A stretch of 64,000 nt of DNA from Vicugna vicugna (GCA_013265495.1 MU057796.1:62001-126000); one strand, 5' to 3'; positions 48,051-61,954 are shown, counted from the stretch's first letter. The notes: generated from the sequence alone by a model not told the origin. Numbers and translations: made by a program.

Positions 48051-50489
48051 CCTTCCTTCACGTCTAATTTCTTAGTACTTCATGATAGGCACATGCGCTT
48101 TGAGAGGAGTGTTTGGGTAACGACGGTGAGCCTTTGTTCAAAGGGAGTCATTTTCAGGTGTGAAGGACCTGACATTGAATCGCCGTGACCACTTTGTTAG
48201 GTGGCAGAGAGAAAGCCCATTTTCTGTGTGACTAGGATGGGGCTCCGACAGATGAACAGTGCTCTCTACTGTGGTTGTGCTTGGGGACATACTCCCTAGT
48301 GGTTCCTCTGGAATATGGGGGTGCGTCTCTTGTGCCCTTTAAGTGAGCTTTTGTTTTGGCTTCAGGTGTGTATGGTTGTTTGCGTCAAGTGCTCACAGTT
48401 TCTTGGTTTAATAGTGACTAAAGTTTCCGCATGCCTTTTGCCTCTTTAGTCTCCTCATGTGTTACACCTGATTTGAAACTGATATTCTGGTTAATTACTC
48501 TGCACTGATTTTTTTTTCCCCTTAAAGTCAGGATAGCTTTGTTTACCAATTTTTTCCTTCTTGTTCATAATGTTACCGGGCATACAGCTCATCTCAGCTT
48601 TTGGGGAGTCAGCCTCCTTACCTGTATTTTGAGCTCTTCCTGCCCTGATTCTGTGCCCTACCTCCCCACAACTACAAAATTCCCACCGAACAGGACCTGG
48701 TGTGGGATTGTTCCACGCATGTTTACAATGCATATAGCCTTTACATCCACCCGTAGTTTTTTGCACTCACCAGAAGCACTGTGTCATGTCTTGGGGGGGA
48801 AATTTTTCATTTTGTTTTTAAATAGCTGTAGACATTCTAATAAAAGTTTCTGCTCAGCTTTTCTCTGATGTGTGTCAGGAGAAAAGAGCAGGAGCAGACA
48901 CTGTGGCATCACTGTGCCCATTCGCATACAGTGCAGTTCACTGAACTACATTTCCCTGAAAAGGAGGCATTCTCAGCCACGTCTGTCCTTGCAGAGAGAT
49001 CCAGGCTGGCAAGCCCAGATCTTCAGTGCCTGCCAGTGCCATTTTCTTATCCTTAATATTCTAAATTCTTTTCTGGCACCGTGGTGAACGGGATGGAAGC
49101 TGATTAAATGATGAAATGAAATGAAAGGATGAAAGCCTGATGAAAAGCGACAGTGCCCAGTATCGGATGGGAATGCACTGAGGCCTCATTCTTGGGAAAA
49201 GTGGTAAAGCCTGCGAGTGATTGTGACCAAAGGCCAGCCCACGTGGTCTCCGAGCCCTTGTGCTGGTGGCCTCCGAAGTGTGGCAGTGACGTGGTCTCTC
49301 CAAGGACTCACAACCTACTTATAAGCAATTCCGAGAGCACCGAGCACAGAGGCATGGAAATTCTACTCTGAAGCCTAATATACAACATGCAAAATGAATT
49401 TTTCATATTGGGTTTTTTTTTTTAATGGAGAAATTTCAGCTTCTCCTCACTGACATGCCTTTTGGAGTCAGTGCCCTTTAAAGCAGCCAGAGGAGAGAAT
49501 GATGGTACTGTGAACAGAGTGGCGCTCGCAGGTGAGAGCTGTATGAGAGGCAGTGATGATTCGGGAAACATTACCCCAGTTGTCTCACTGAACAGATGGT
49601 CGCTGCTGAAGGAACAACTATCCAGAAACATGTTGTTAATATGTTCTCAGATTTGGGGCCCAGAGAATGATGCTGTGGATTGAGTGGAAGATAAATAGAA
49701 AAATAGCGAATTAAGGGGACAAATAACCAGGAGGAAGGTGGGTGCCCATTGGCACTGGCAGAGAACGTGTAACCAGTGCCTGATGCGTTTCCTTAAGAAT
49801 CAGTGTGTTTGCAAATTGCTCCGTTGCATCTTAGCAGAATCTAATCTGAGTAAAGGAAGAGCTGACTAGAGAACATGGTTGGATGAATTCCCTCAGTACT
49901 CCTGAAATATAACAGAGCAAGGAACAATATAATGAAAAATAACTGAGAGAGGAGCTCGGGGCTTAACTTATGATCAGTGTTCATTACAACAAATGACACT
50001 TTCGCTGCAGAGTTACCATAAAGATTATTGAGTCTTACGTAATGCGGTTCCCCTCTGAATAGATTCCGGGACGGCTCAGCCTGTGAATGGGAGGGCTGAA
50101 GGTATACTCGGTACCCTTATTCATTTTTCCAACTGGTGCTGGTGAGCCACCCATCCATCATCCTGGACAGAAGCAGAAGAGCCAGCTCCTTCTTCCAGGG
50201 AGACCCTCCGTGCTCATCTCTGTCATTGACTGTGCTACGTCTGTTGCAGACCAGGCCCAGACAGTGACTGAACTTGTTGGTAGGTTTCTACCCAAGGCCC
50301 CCACCTTATGTTCTCTACCATTTGCTGTTTTTCTCAAGCATACGTATCATAACATTCAAGAAAGTATCTCTTTGGAAAGAAACTGTTTTGTGCAAAACTC
50401 TAGGCACACAACCATAAGTCATTTTGTAACTCTGCGGCTTTAACCGAGTTTAGGATGAACAAGCCCAGTTCAGAGCACCCTGTGTGTAA

Positions 50490-50725
50490 AAGCCTTGTTT
50501 ATTAAGCACCTGTTGGGTACCTGCTAAGCAGTTTATGGTATTTCATTCTCATAATGACCCTATGAGAGGTATACACTGTTATTATTCGCATCCCATTTTC
50601 CAGATGAGAAAGCATGCTCAGAGAGGTTAAGTAAGTTCTCCAAGGTAGCCCAGCTGTCAGTTGTTATAGTTGAACCTCAGAACTATGTCTAACAGCCTGC
50701 CAGACACCTTAACTTCCACACAGGT
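50490..50725 (-). mobile_element. MIR
   Basis: gtttattaagcacctgttgggtacctg...cattctcataatgaccctatgag...cccattttccagatgagaaagcatgctcagagaggttaagtaagttctccaaggt. Confidence 0.8.
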
Positions 50726-52109
50726 GCAAAGCATAGAGATACATTCTCTCTCTCTCTCTCTCTATCTCTCTCTCAAAGCAGGCTGGATTTTGAGGTTGGA
50801 CAAATCAGGGCTTGGACCTTCTTTACTTTCCCATTTGTTATCAGATCCTGCAAGAGTGACCTAACCTCTCTTAACAGTGGTTGTAATGGGAAAAAAAAAA
50901 TAGTTCATGTTTACTGTGGGGCTAAACACAATGACAGGCTTTCTAACGTGATTTCCTCATCCATTGCTCACATCTGGAAGCAGTGTAGGTCTGATTATAG
51001 TTCCCATTTTATAGACTGAAAAACTGAGGCTTGGAGTAGCCCAGGTGACACAGCTGGGAAGTCTGCCCAGAACCCGTGTGTTCATCCAGTACTCACAAGT
51101 CCTACCAGCCTTGCTCCTTGTGGGCATTTTAAGTCAGCACTGTAAAGTGTCCCCATAGGAAAGGCTCACTGTCAGTGTTAGCCAGAGGTGAGGGTGGCAG
51201 CCCTCAGTGACATGAGAGGAGTGAGCCGAGAAGGGGAACCCAGAGGGGTAGCAGGTGAGGGGCTGTGTCATTGCTGGGACGGAAGCAGCGGTCTTTGGGA
51301 ACAGGTCAACAGCCATGCGCAGGGCCGTGAAGGTACCTGTGGGAGCTCAGAAGCAGGCGAGCCTTTGGGTCCCACCCGTTCTTTCATTTTCAGTTGCCTT
51401 TTTCTGAGTTTTATGGGAAATGTACCTTGGCGAGGAGTGGAGGCACGATACTCTTAGCCCTGATGTAGAAGCAGTTTTAATGTTTGTCCCCGTCTCTTCT
51501 AAGCTCATTGTTCTCTCCTTTATAAAAGCCTGTTTGTGCTGTCCACCTTATGGCCATTTGCAGTGAGCTTCTGAAGACCTGTGGGCGGCCCCCACCCTGG
51601 ACCCCCTGGGCCACAGGTCAGAGGTGGCCAGGGGGATGGAGCAGGGTGAAGTGGCAGAGTCTGGATTTAGGATTTGCCACTTTAGAAGGAGCACAGCTGG
51701 GCAAGGAGGTCCAGCTTGCCTGGGAAACGGCCAAAGTCATGAACACACGGGGTCTTGGTAGTACCCCAGCCAGCTGCAGGCTGAGCTGCTTTGGCTCTTG
51801 AAGTTGTTCTTATGTTTTCTTGCTTTGGGGAAAGAGGGACTGTCTCTACTTTGCAGTTATGTGTGTTGGCCTGAGGACCTTTGCAGGCTCATTCTCAGAA
51901 CGACAACAAACAAACATATTGGAAGACTCTCTAGATAAGCGGGATGACTTTTAAAAAAAAATTACATGTATAATTTCATATACATATATAAAAAAAATGT
52001 ATTTCCATCCTTCCTTTTTCTAAAGTATGAAAAGTAACCATGCACCAAGAAAGGGTCCATCAGCTTTCAAAATGCCTTTCATCTAAGTAAAGATCATGGC
52101 TTGATGTCA

Positions 52110-52495
52110 CCATTTTCGAACCGTCTCTGTGTTGTGCCGAATGGTAACCGCCAACAGTGTGTGACTTTAGCCTCCACATTGCAGCTGGCCTGACTGGGAT
52201 GTGCTATCAGAGTTTCCAAATACTCATCAGATTTCAAAGACACTCAGTTAAAAAAAATTCATTAAATTTATATCCTAAACTTACTGAATCATTTAGATTA
52301 AGGGCAAAATAGATCGTTAATCACGTTTACATTGATTACATGTTGAAATGATCGTGTTTTGGCTATATTGGGTTAAATGAGATCTATTACTAACATTGAT
52401 TTCACCGATTTCTTTCTACTGTGTTTTTTAACGTGGCTCCTGGAAAATTTAACGTTACCTTTGTGGATCTTATATTCTGGACGGAGCTAGTCCGT
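52110..52495. mobile_element. MER33-like hAT-Charlie element
   Basis: gatgtgctat...atcagatttcaaagac...tacattgattacatgttgaaatgat...tattgggttaaat...aacgtggctcctggaaaatttaa matches recalled MER33 text. Confidence 0.7.
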
Positions 52496-52844
52496 AGATC
52501 TGCGAAAGTATGGAATACGTCTCCACACATTGGAAGTGCTAATATGTGTTTTAAAATAGGACTTAAAAATAGCTTCCTGAAATATTTATGAGAGGAAAAG
52601 TTAACTCACTGTAGGTATTCCGTAGACTAAGAGGGGCTTGTTTTACCATTCTGGGGGAAATATGTGGGGCAGAAATCTTCCTGACTAATAGCTATTCTTC
52701 CATGAGTGGATAGGTCAGTGTGAGTCATTTATTACAGAACATGGTGTGTCAGTATCTGTAATAACTATCTTGCATGCTTTCCCTTTGATTTTTCACCCAG
52801 ATGTCATTATATTGGCCACATCATGACCACAACCACCTGATGTA

Positions 52845-53212
52845 CAGGCAGACCTCGGAGATACTGTGGGTTCTGTTCCAGACCACGGCAATAAAGCAAA
52901 TAGCACACACATACACACACAAAAAGCCCAAGTCCCACAACATTTTTGGTTTCCCAGTGCATGTGAAAGTTGTTTCCATTGTAAAGGTGCAATAGCGTTA
53001 TGTCTACAATAAATATATATATATTTATATGTATATATATGTGTGTGTGTATATATCTATAATATAGATATACATACATTCCTTCACTAAAAAAAATGCT
53101 GTTGGAAAAATGGCACCAATAGAGCTGATGCAGGTTTGCTGCAAACCTTCAATTTTGTTTTTTTTTTAAAAAAGGCAGTTTCTGTGAAGCCCAGTAAAAG
53201 GAGGCCTGCCTG
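52845..53212 (-). mobile_element. Internally deleted Tigger1 derivative containing a (TA)n/(TG)n expansion
   Basis: ta|caggcagacctcggagatactgtgggttctgttccagaccacggcaataaagc ... gaggcctgcctg|ta. TIRs and TA TSDs on both sides. Confidence 0.88.
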
Positions 53213-55819
53213 TACTGGAAACCATGACAAAAGAGCAGCCCCAGGCAGGATTCCACAGAAACCCTGGGCCTCTGGCATCTCTACCTCATGTTCAACGTCT
53301 GTATTGAGAGCGCTCTAACACCTTCCAGGAGTGTTCGGTGGGTGAGATTCCTAGACGACACACTTGCGATTCTTGAATGAAAAGGTCTGTTGTGACTAGC
53401 TCCAGCTCTTCTCTCCCCACCCACAGCCACACTTCTGCTCTCAGTCGACTAGACCCATTGAGGGCATCGAACAATGAAAGCTTGAGCCCCAGAGGGAGTC
53501 ACAGCCTCCTCTCGCATCCCCGGGATCCCCACCCGGAGTTACAGCCAGTGCACGGAGTCCTCCAGTAGATCGCTTTTAGCATTGAGCGTAAACCATAGAC
53601 ATCTTAATTTTTAAATTTTTTGCACCTGAAGACTATAAATTTCTCCGAGACTCTTAAAAATCGGTTAAAAAAATAACTAGGGGGAACTGGGTGATCTATA
53701 TTAAATCTGCTGAATATATCAGGGCTAAAGTAATTTGTTTTTAATCCTCCATTCCTTCTTGGAGTGTGTTCTTTTTGCAAAACCCAGAAAGAATGAAAGT
53801 GAAACAAAGGAAGATTTGAATACATAGTCTCTTCTACTGTCGGACTCTCCTAGTGTTTTTCTCCATCACTCTCTGGACAGTTGCTGGGCTGATTCCCAAG
53901 TATCGCTTTTGTTTCTTTGCCCAAAACTGCCTCGCTCCTCCCCTGCTGCCATCTCCTCCTTACCACCAGCCAGTAAGTAGCTCAAATATCGAGATCAGGA
54001 ATGGAGGGAAAGCACAAATCAACATGATGTGCCTTGTTCCAGGGGTGTGAAGGGGTTGGCACTTCAGAGAGAGCCCGGCCTAGGTGAGGCAGTTCAGCTG
54101 TGCTGGGGAAATGAATGGCAAGAGGTGATGACTTGAATTTTCTTGCGGCTGCTGCTTCCTGATGTCCGCGTGGTGAGAGCCTCCTGGCCAAAGCACCGTG
54201 TGGATACGTCCACCTGTAGGTAGATGGGTGCCTTCTGGTTTTGATCCGTAAGGTTATTACTTTTTATAATCTCTTTGCTTTGTAAGTGGAACATAACTTA
54301 CCTCACAGAAAACCCACGGACGAGGAGGAGAGGTAAATGATACAGTGCTGCCGAAAACCTCAGGCGTCATGCTGTAATTTAACCCGAACATAGGAGGAAC
54401 TTTGGAGATGTGAGGTTTCACTTACTGTGATTTTGCTTAAGGGTAAATGCGTTACTGTGTAGGCAAAGTGCTCTGCAAGTTGCACGTGTAAGACGTGCAT
54501 GTTCCGTTCAGATGCCCAGCTCCGATGAGGGGGATGCCGCTGCCCGTCAGGCTTGATCTAAGCGGGTTCTGGGTGCATTCTGATAAAATGCCCAGTCAGT
54601 GTGCGAGGCACATGTGCTGGATGGTGAAGTCCAAATGCCTGATTTTCCGTCTAGGGAAACGCAGATTGCCCAGTGGGTGAATTCCAGAGCCTTCTGAGTC
54701 CCAGCTCAGTGTCAGCTGCCCTGCAGTCTAGAACCTGTAGGCTTGTACCTAAATTTAAAGAGATGTCTAGCTTTCCATTGACTTAGCCATGAGTCACCTG
54801 CCAAGGTCAAATCATCCAGTCGCCTGGGCTGAGAAAAACTGAAAGGAAGGGACGGCCCAGGAGCAGAGAGTCCGAATTAATAGCCACAAGAAGAAAGAGG
54901 AGGAGTGCGAATGGTGATACCTCTAGAGATGGTTTTGCCACTTGTCCTTACCTGAAAAGCCGGAGAGAGGAAATGCAGAGGCTTCTCTGCTCAGGCATCA
55001 GTGGTCCAGTTCTGTGGCACTGGCTCTGTGCTGGTAACATCACTTACATCTAGAGCTGCAGGACGGATGTGCACCCCTGCGTGGTGTCTGTTTGCATGAG
55101 ATACTGCTTAAGGCTTAATTGAGTTAACGAAGAAGACACCACAGAAGCTTCATGTGGAAACGTTAACACGTAGTACCCACTACCCGAGTTTTGCTCTTGT
55201 GATCACGAGCATCATAACTTAAAAGGTCGTGAGCAACACCAAGCCATTCGTGAAGGAACCACGTGTGGTCAGAAAAATTCCTCTCTTTCCCTGATGATAA
55301 AAATTCACTCTGATTTTTAATTTGTCCGAAGGAAAGGAAGAAAACCCCGGTGTTTTTATACTATTCATTGTGACTTAATTCTCTCTTATAAGCTATTCCT
55401 GAATTCAGCTGTTTCTTATTAATATCAAATGATGGTTAACATTCAGTAGAAACCCACTGGCCTGTAAAGATGGAAACTCCTGGTCATAGCACTTTGAAAG
55501 AGAATTTCCACAAGGGACAATGGACTGGGCTTCCAAGCAGCTTCACAGAATAACGCTGGTGCGTCTACTGCACCCATGGTCTCACCCTCAGCCCTGCAGC
55601 CTCAAAAACACCGCAGAAACCTAGGAAAGCACATAAACTGATGTAGGGACCAGAATTTTGGAACAAAGGATAACTGCCCGTAAGACTGGAAGATTTGCCT
55701 GCACAGCACATGGCCTTTCAGTGGACAGCTCTGAAGGAGAAGCTTGTCTATAATCCCTTGATGGGTCTGGAATTGAGGACATCAGGAAATTTTCCTTGGC
55801 TAAGATGTTCTTTCAGTCC

Positions 55820-56222
55820 CCTAGTCAGTGTTCATTAGGTGAGTGGTGGGTGGCAGGTGCCAGAGAAACAAAAGGATTAAGACAGTCCGTGCTTGAGAAG
55901 CACTGATGACCCAGGTGGGAAGATACCTACGTAGTTGGATACTTTCAGACACCATAGTGCAGTGATGTCTGCTTTCGTTTAGTCAATCAACATGCACCAT
56001 GTGCCCGTAGCATACCAGTCACAGAGGATGCTAAAGATGACAGACAGGGTTCCTGCTCTCGGACCTAACCTTTCATGAAGCGAGGTGGGAAACAACAGGT
56101 AATCAAATAAACAGAACACTTGTATTGTGACTGTGAGTGTGAAGGAAAAGAATGTAGTTAGACAGAGAGCATGTGGGCAGAAAAGACCTCTCTTAGGAAC
56201 TCAGATTTGAAGTAGGCCAGAG
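55820..56222 (-). mobile_element. L2 3' fragments
   Basis: ttcgtttagtcaatcaacatgcaccatgtgcccgtagcat...gatgacagacagggttcctgctctc resembles the antisense L2 3' end. Confidence 0.55.
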
Positions 56223-56224
56223 TG

Positions 56225-56570
56225 ATGTGTCAGGACTCAGCGTTCCTGGGATTGCAAGAAACACAAAGTCAAAGAGGAACGGAGATTAGTTGGTTATTTT
56301 ATACTGATAATAATGCAGCGATGCAGTAGACTTCAGGCATGGCAAGATACAGGGCTCCGTGTCACTGGACCCCATTTCTCTCCGTCTTTCAGTTCTGCTT
56401 TGTCTGTGCTGGTGTCTCATCCAGGCAAGCTCTCTTCACAGATGTCACCATGGGCAGCAGCAGATCTGGACTCCTCATGCAACTCAGACAGAAAAGAAAG
56501 GACTTTCCTTCCCAGCAGTCTGAGCTGAGGTCCTGGGTCTTTCTCTGGTTGGCACAGGTTGGCCACAGGC
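56225..56570 (-). mobile_element. Old MaLR LTR (MLT1J/K/L-like)
   Basis: ggattgcaagaaacacaaa...gacttcaggcatggcaagatacagggctc...tcatccaggcaagctctc...ctctggttggc resembles antisense MLT1K/L. Confidence 0.6.
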
Positions 56571-58974
56571 TAAAGGGTCAAGGGAGAGGTTTGAGAGCGA
56601 GTTGTTTTGACACCAAGTTGGGACAGCATAGCCATTCACATCCAAGCCCTCTCTGCTCTGTCCTTTCCCTCGCCTGTAAAATGAGGGTGGTAACTGTGCC
56701 ATCAGGGCGACCTGGAGACACACGTGCCAGACAGTGAATGGCAAGTACCCATCTCAGAAGTGGGTAGGGGCCTGATTTGCTTGCCCCTGTGCTGGAAACT
56801 GGGAACATGGGTGGGGGGTAGGGGCAGAGGAGGGGCGAGAGCTGGCCAGAAGCTGGACCACACAGGCACGGGTCAGCCTCTGACGGGTTGCGTGGCGCCA
56901 TGTTTATCTTCACTACTTCCAGCTGGAGACGGAGTCCTGTCGGGGTGCACACAGAGCTCCCAGCCTGGGTCTTCACCCCCTTTCTCCAGAGGGTGCTTAG
57001 AAGCCTGCTGCCAGCATTCAGCACACTGAGTTCCTGATGAGTACCACCACTCTTCCGAGGGACAGGACCTCTCTCCAGCTTTGTTAATACCCTTGTTTGG
57101 CTTATGGTCAAGTCTTGCTGGCCTCAGTTGTGCGTGTTGCTTGGGGTAACTTTCCTTGTTATCATTTAACACCTAGAAGGCAATCTTACTGCCTTTAAAT
57201 TCAACTTTTAGGATAGTACCTCACTCTTGCCCCAACTCTCATCATCTCTCCATCCAAGTCTATATTGGCAGGATGTGGGATTTACAAGTGGCGATATGAT
57301 ATGGACAAAAGCAAGAATTTGTGATTATATAGTATTAACTTCCTGCTGTCCATGTTAAGGGGTCTATTAGATAATTACTATTTAGCTATTGAGTTCCAGA
57401 TTCAAGTTAATGAATTTCAGTAGTCGTGTTTTCTCAGGAATAACTGTCAAAGGGGTTAAGTGCACATATAGAAATAATTTCTCACTTCCTTCCTTGGATT
57501 TATAAATAGGTTTGTGTATCTGCGTGTGTATTACAAACACACAGACACATATACGGTTGGATGTCTCTTTTTCAATCTCCAAGTACCATGTCCCCAGATA
57601 ATTCTTTGTATAAAAAATATTCTCCCCTACTCCGGGTCTGAAGTCTATTAAGGAAGGAGCTTGTTTAGAAAACATACCAATACCCTTCGTCTTGTTTCCT
57701 TTGCCTTTTAGTTTATTCTGGAAATTGCAACATTTAGCGCTTTGCAGTTTAATTTAAAAGGATTACCTATTCTCTTAAATGCTTAAGCAGGGAAGCAGGT
57801 TGCAGTTATTGATTTTTCTCTGCATGTATTCTGTGAAAGCTGTATTTGCTCCTTCCCCAGGGAACATACCCCCTGAACTGCATGCTTGCTGGTGACAGCT
57901 CAGACCTCTGATACATAACCAAAGACCTTGCCTAATATCCTTGCAACTGCTTGGGGAATTTTTATTAAGTAAAAGCATCATTAGAGTAGACAGGATGATG
58001 AAGTTTAATGAGCATCTTTTGTGCATGAGATTGTTAGTTTTGCTCCACCAGAATTCTCATTTCTCCCCTCCAGTGGGAAAGATAGCGACTCTAGAATGTA
58101 TGGGATAGCTTTAAAATCTGCTTATATTTTCTATTTTGGTATAGCTTCCTATCTGTCCTGAGTCAGTTACAGATTCCTTTTGGCTATTTATACAGGTGCC
58201 ATTTGCACGTGTATGTTGATTCTTTTCACACTGTGTGTTGGGGACAGAGAGCGGTGAGGGTTATAATGGAGGAGAATGTAAAAGACACGTCCCGCTGTTG
58301 GTGAATTTCATGGAACCATCTCTTGAAGGCTTGATCTCAAAAAAATCATTGCCTTTTGAATTAATGAGACTTCTCATGGGAATGTGGTAACTGTTCATTT
58401 TTCTTTTTTTTCTTTAAGACTCAGCACTTTGTGTGCTGAGGTTCTGTCACCAGCCCCCTGGAGCTGCTAGATAGGATAAATAAAGATATTGCAAATGCTT
58501 ATTAATAATCTAGGCTTCACACTTTGTCCACAGATGTATTTGTGGAGATTTTAAATTTAGCATCCTACCATAAGATTACAGATTAGAAGCAAAATTATTT
58601 CTCTCCATTATTGTCACTGGCCACACACTCAAGATTTTTCGAGTTGGTTCTTTTCTTGGTCTGTATAAGGACTTGCCATGGAAACACCCAAAACAACAGG
58701 AGGGAGGCATATGACATGAGCAAATGACTTGAGAACAGCATATTGTACCTCTCATATACCTGGCATTCCGAAACATAATATTTACATAGCACACAATGTG
58801 CTTCCAGCAGTGCCTTGAGTGTGTGGAATACAAAAGAAGGGAAGTCTGCGGTCCCCGCCCTCCAGCGAATGGTAGGCCAGTGAGGAGGACAACACTGAGG
58901 AATCCAGCAAACGGGAGACGGGACAGCCGAGGCCCAAAGCGTTTGCACTTCGGAGTAATCGCCTGGGATTGATC

Positions 58975-59060
58975 GAGCCTTTTGCTAAGCCTCAGTTTCC
59001 TCATTTGAAAAATGAAGACGATCAACGCCCTTACTTGCTGGGGTTGTGGGGACAGTGACC
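58975..59060 (+). mobile_element. MIR core fragment
   Basis: ctaagcctcagtttcctcatttgaaaaatgaag...cttacttgctggggttgtgggga. Confidence 0.7.
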
Positions 59061-59954
59061 GCTGATTGAATGGTAACCGTATCGACAGGTGTTCTTGTCC
59101 TTGTCCAGCCGTTCTGCTGGTGCTTGGAAGTAACAGCCAAGAACGGAAGTCGCTGTGCATGTTATGAAGGACTTAACGGTGAGATTCCAACCAACCTCAG
59201 CGCATTTTGTGGAAGCAGAAGCTGGGCAGGGGACGGGGCAGAGAAGGCTGTGAAAAGCCTGAAACTGTGGGTGAGGTCTGCGTTGCAGAACTGCAGGCAT
59301 CCTGGGCAATGGTAACACAGATGAGCAAAAGAAAATTGAGGCTAGAACGAATCGTGATGGCCAGGAAAGGCTAACCCCAGGCGTCGGATTGACTTAGCGC
59401 CTTTTAAGATTTTTTTTCAGATCACCTGCAACGTAGACAGTATGTAGTTCTTCCCATTTCCCAGTGATGGTGTTCTGGAAGGATACAGGACTCTAAGTTT
59501 ACTCAGCTAATAGATGGCAAAACTCACACCCAGCCCACCTTTCCTATAGTCCACGCGGCCCTCCTCCGGAGCAGCCTGACTGTACCCGTCTGTCGGTGAA
59601 CAGAGAGCGGTGACGTTGGGTTGGTTGGGCATGGCGTGGCATGTTCTGTGTCTGTTCTCGGCCATACACCAGGCTGGGAGCTTGATCCAGTGGGTCGTGG
59701 ATGCTGCTTCCCATGCGTAAGCCAAGGAGACTGGATTCTATCAGCTGTGTGTAGGACACACTGTAGGAAGGATGGGATTGGCATCCGGAGACTAAGAAGG
59801 GACCTGTTTTCGTGATCCGGTAGCCACGTGATACGGGCCTGCTTGGGTAGGAGTGGGGAGGAGAAAAGGAGAATGAATCAAATCACAGGGTGATGGAAAG
59901 AAGAGTAAGCACCATAAAGCGACTTGTTGTTAATCCACTGAGTCGTGAACCTTT

Positions 59955-60119
59955 TTTTTTTTTCAGACACAGGGTTTTTTGTATGTTTTTATTTGCGGGG
60001 TGGGGAGGTAACTAGGTCTACTTACTAATTTTTTTTTTAAATGGAGGTACTGGGGATTGAACCCAGGACCTCATGCATGCTAAGCTCTCACGTACTACTT
60101 GAACTATATCCTCTCCCCC
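59955..60119 (-). mobile_element. Camelid tRNA-Ala SINE with extended tail
   Basis: Antisense head atggaggtactggggattgaacccaggacctcatgcatgctaagc. 15-bp TSD gagtcgtgaaccttt (59940-59954) / gagtcatgaaccttt (60120-60134). Confidence 0.92.
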
Positions 60120-61954
60120 GAGTCATGAACCTTTGCAGAAGCTGATGAAAGCTTTGTGCGCTTTCTGCTGAAAAATGTAAACACAGTTTTGCTTGAGTCT
60201 CAGATCATTCCCTGGCCCCAGGCTCAGAATTTCTATGGTGGAGGGAGCTTCAGTCAGCCTTGATTAATGGGGTGACTGAAAAAAGAGGCAGGTGTCAAAA
60301 TGACTTCATTGTTCTGATCCTAAAGTCCTGGAGACATGGAGGGACAGACCTGAGGAGCTCGGAGTAGGGAACTGTTCTGTGTGTTGGGTGGGTTTAAAAG
60401 CTAAGTGTCCAAGTGGGAATAAGGCATAGCAGGGGTTAAAGATGGCAGTGACTTGGAGGGCTTCTGCTCAGAGATAATCACTGAAATAAAATCAGGTGAT
60501 CTTCTAGGGAAGGAAATACAAAGAGCTAACAGCAAAAACATCAGGACTGCAGAATTGTCTGGAGAAAGAGTAAGAACCAGGAGAGTGCATTGCAGCCAAG
60601 GGAAGAGATTTTTCAAGACGACATACATGGTCGCCAAGAGTCTTTATTGCTACAACTGTGAGGGGTGCGAGGGTCTGTAGGAGACCCTTGGATCCAACAG
60701 AAACAATAAGACTCAAATGGATTTTTTTCCCCAAAATGAAGATGCCCGTATTGAATAAAATGTACTTAGCAATCATAGAAAGGCACGCATGTCATACTGC
60801 TCAATGTAATATTTGTGGCAAAACTTATTCTGATTCGGGGGGGGCTGGAATTATCTGCTGTGTCACCTTAGATGTCACCAAGCCAGGGGTGTTGAGCTGC
60901 AGGGAGTTTCAGGGGGCCTGCGTGCAGGCAGCTTTAACAAGTTGCCTCTGAAGTGACCTATCTGGTGACCTCTGCAGTCTGCAGAATCATTTCATGATGA
61001 TTTTTCCGGAGCTGGTCTTCAGCTGGGATTCTGCAGATGGGTGATGCTGCCTCGTTCAAGTCCCACAGCACAGAGCATCCGCAGGCATCTTGCCTTTGAG
61101 GGTTCTTTTCATCAGACTCCTGAGTATAACTGATCCTTTCCTGTCACTTGAGATTGCTCTCTGTTGGTTTTTCTCCCCCCTCTTTGAACATCTCCCTATT
61201 ATCTTCGAGGAACCTCAGATTTCAGGGGAGAGAAGGTTTTCCAAGACCCTTTGCTACCGGTTCCGTCCATTTTCTGAGTTGAGCGTTTCACCCCCGCCCA
61301 GCAGCTGTGGCGCCATTGGTGCCTGTGAGCCAGGCTCCCTCGTTAACACTATCCAGCTGACATGGTCAGATTTCAGTGCCCGCCAGAAACCTCCCTGAGA
61401 AGGCGTCTGCCCCACAGGCTCACGATGATGAAGCTGCATTCCTGGCTATGCTCAGTGGGGAGGTGTCATCTGAGAAGCAGGGGAAACTGGCCAGCTTAGC
61501 CTGAGTCTCGGACCTTTGTGGGAGGTTTAAGGCAGCAGCTGCTGCCTTGGAACACCTGCTCTGATAGGACCTTGTCCGTGTCTGATTTAACCCCCTCTTC
61601 CCCCCAAGCCCTGCAAGGTAGCAATTTTCATCATATTGCAGATGAGGACCTCAGACTGTGGCAAGTTAGTCGCTTTGTCAGTGTCACACGTCTCGGGGTA
61701 AATGGGGTTCAGGAATGCAAAGGAGAGTGAGGCCCCAGGACTGTTCTGCATAAACCCCCACGCAGGTGCCAGGGCTCCAGTAGGGCAGGAGGGGTACCAG
61801 CAGGGCAGAGCCCTGAAGGGGCGTGCTCATCCGGGAAGCACCTTGTCCCGGGGTCTGAGGGTTTGTTGGCATCTTCCGAGCTAAAGTAGCTGGAAGGTGG
61901 GTCATGAGAGGAGGGTATGGGGCGGTCAGGGGGACCACAGTCCATCCCAAAAGC

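Noticed and set aside
56578..57111. 177-aa minus-strand ORF
   Set aside because: GC-rich, overlaps a MIR fragment, and shows no recognisable homology or exon structure.
58576..59160. Longest ORF (194 aa, minus strand)
   Set aside because: It includes MIR-derived translation (IFQMRKLRL) and has no recognisable domain. Chance ORF.
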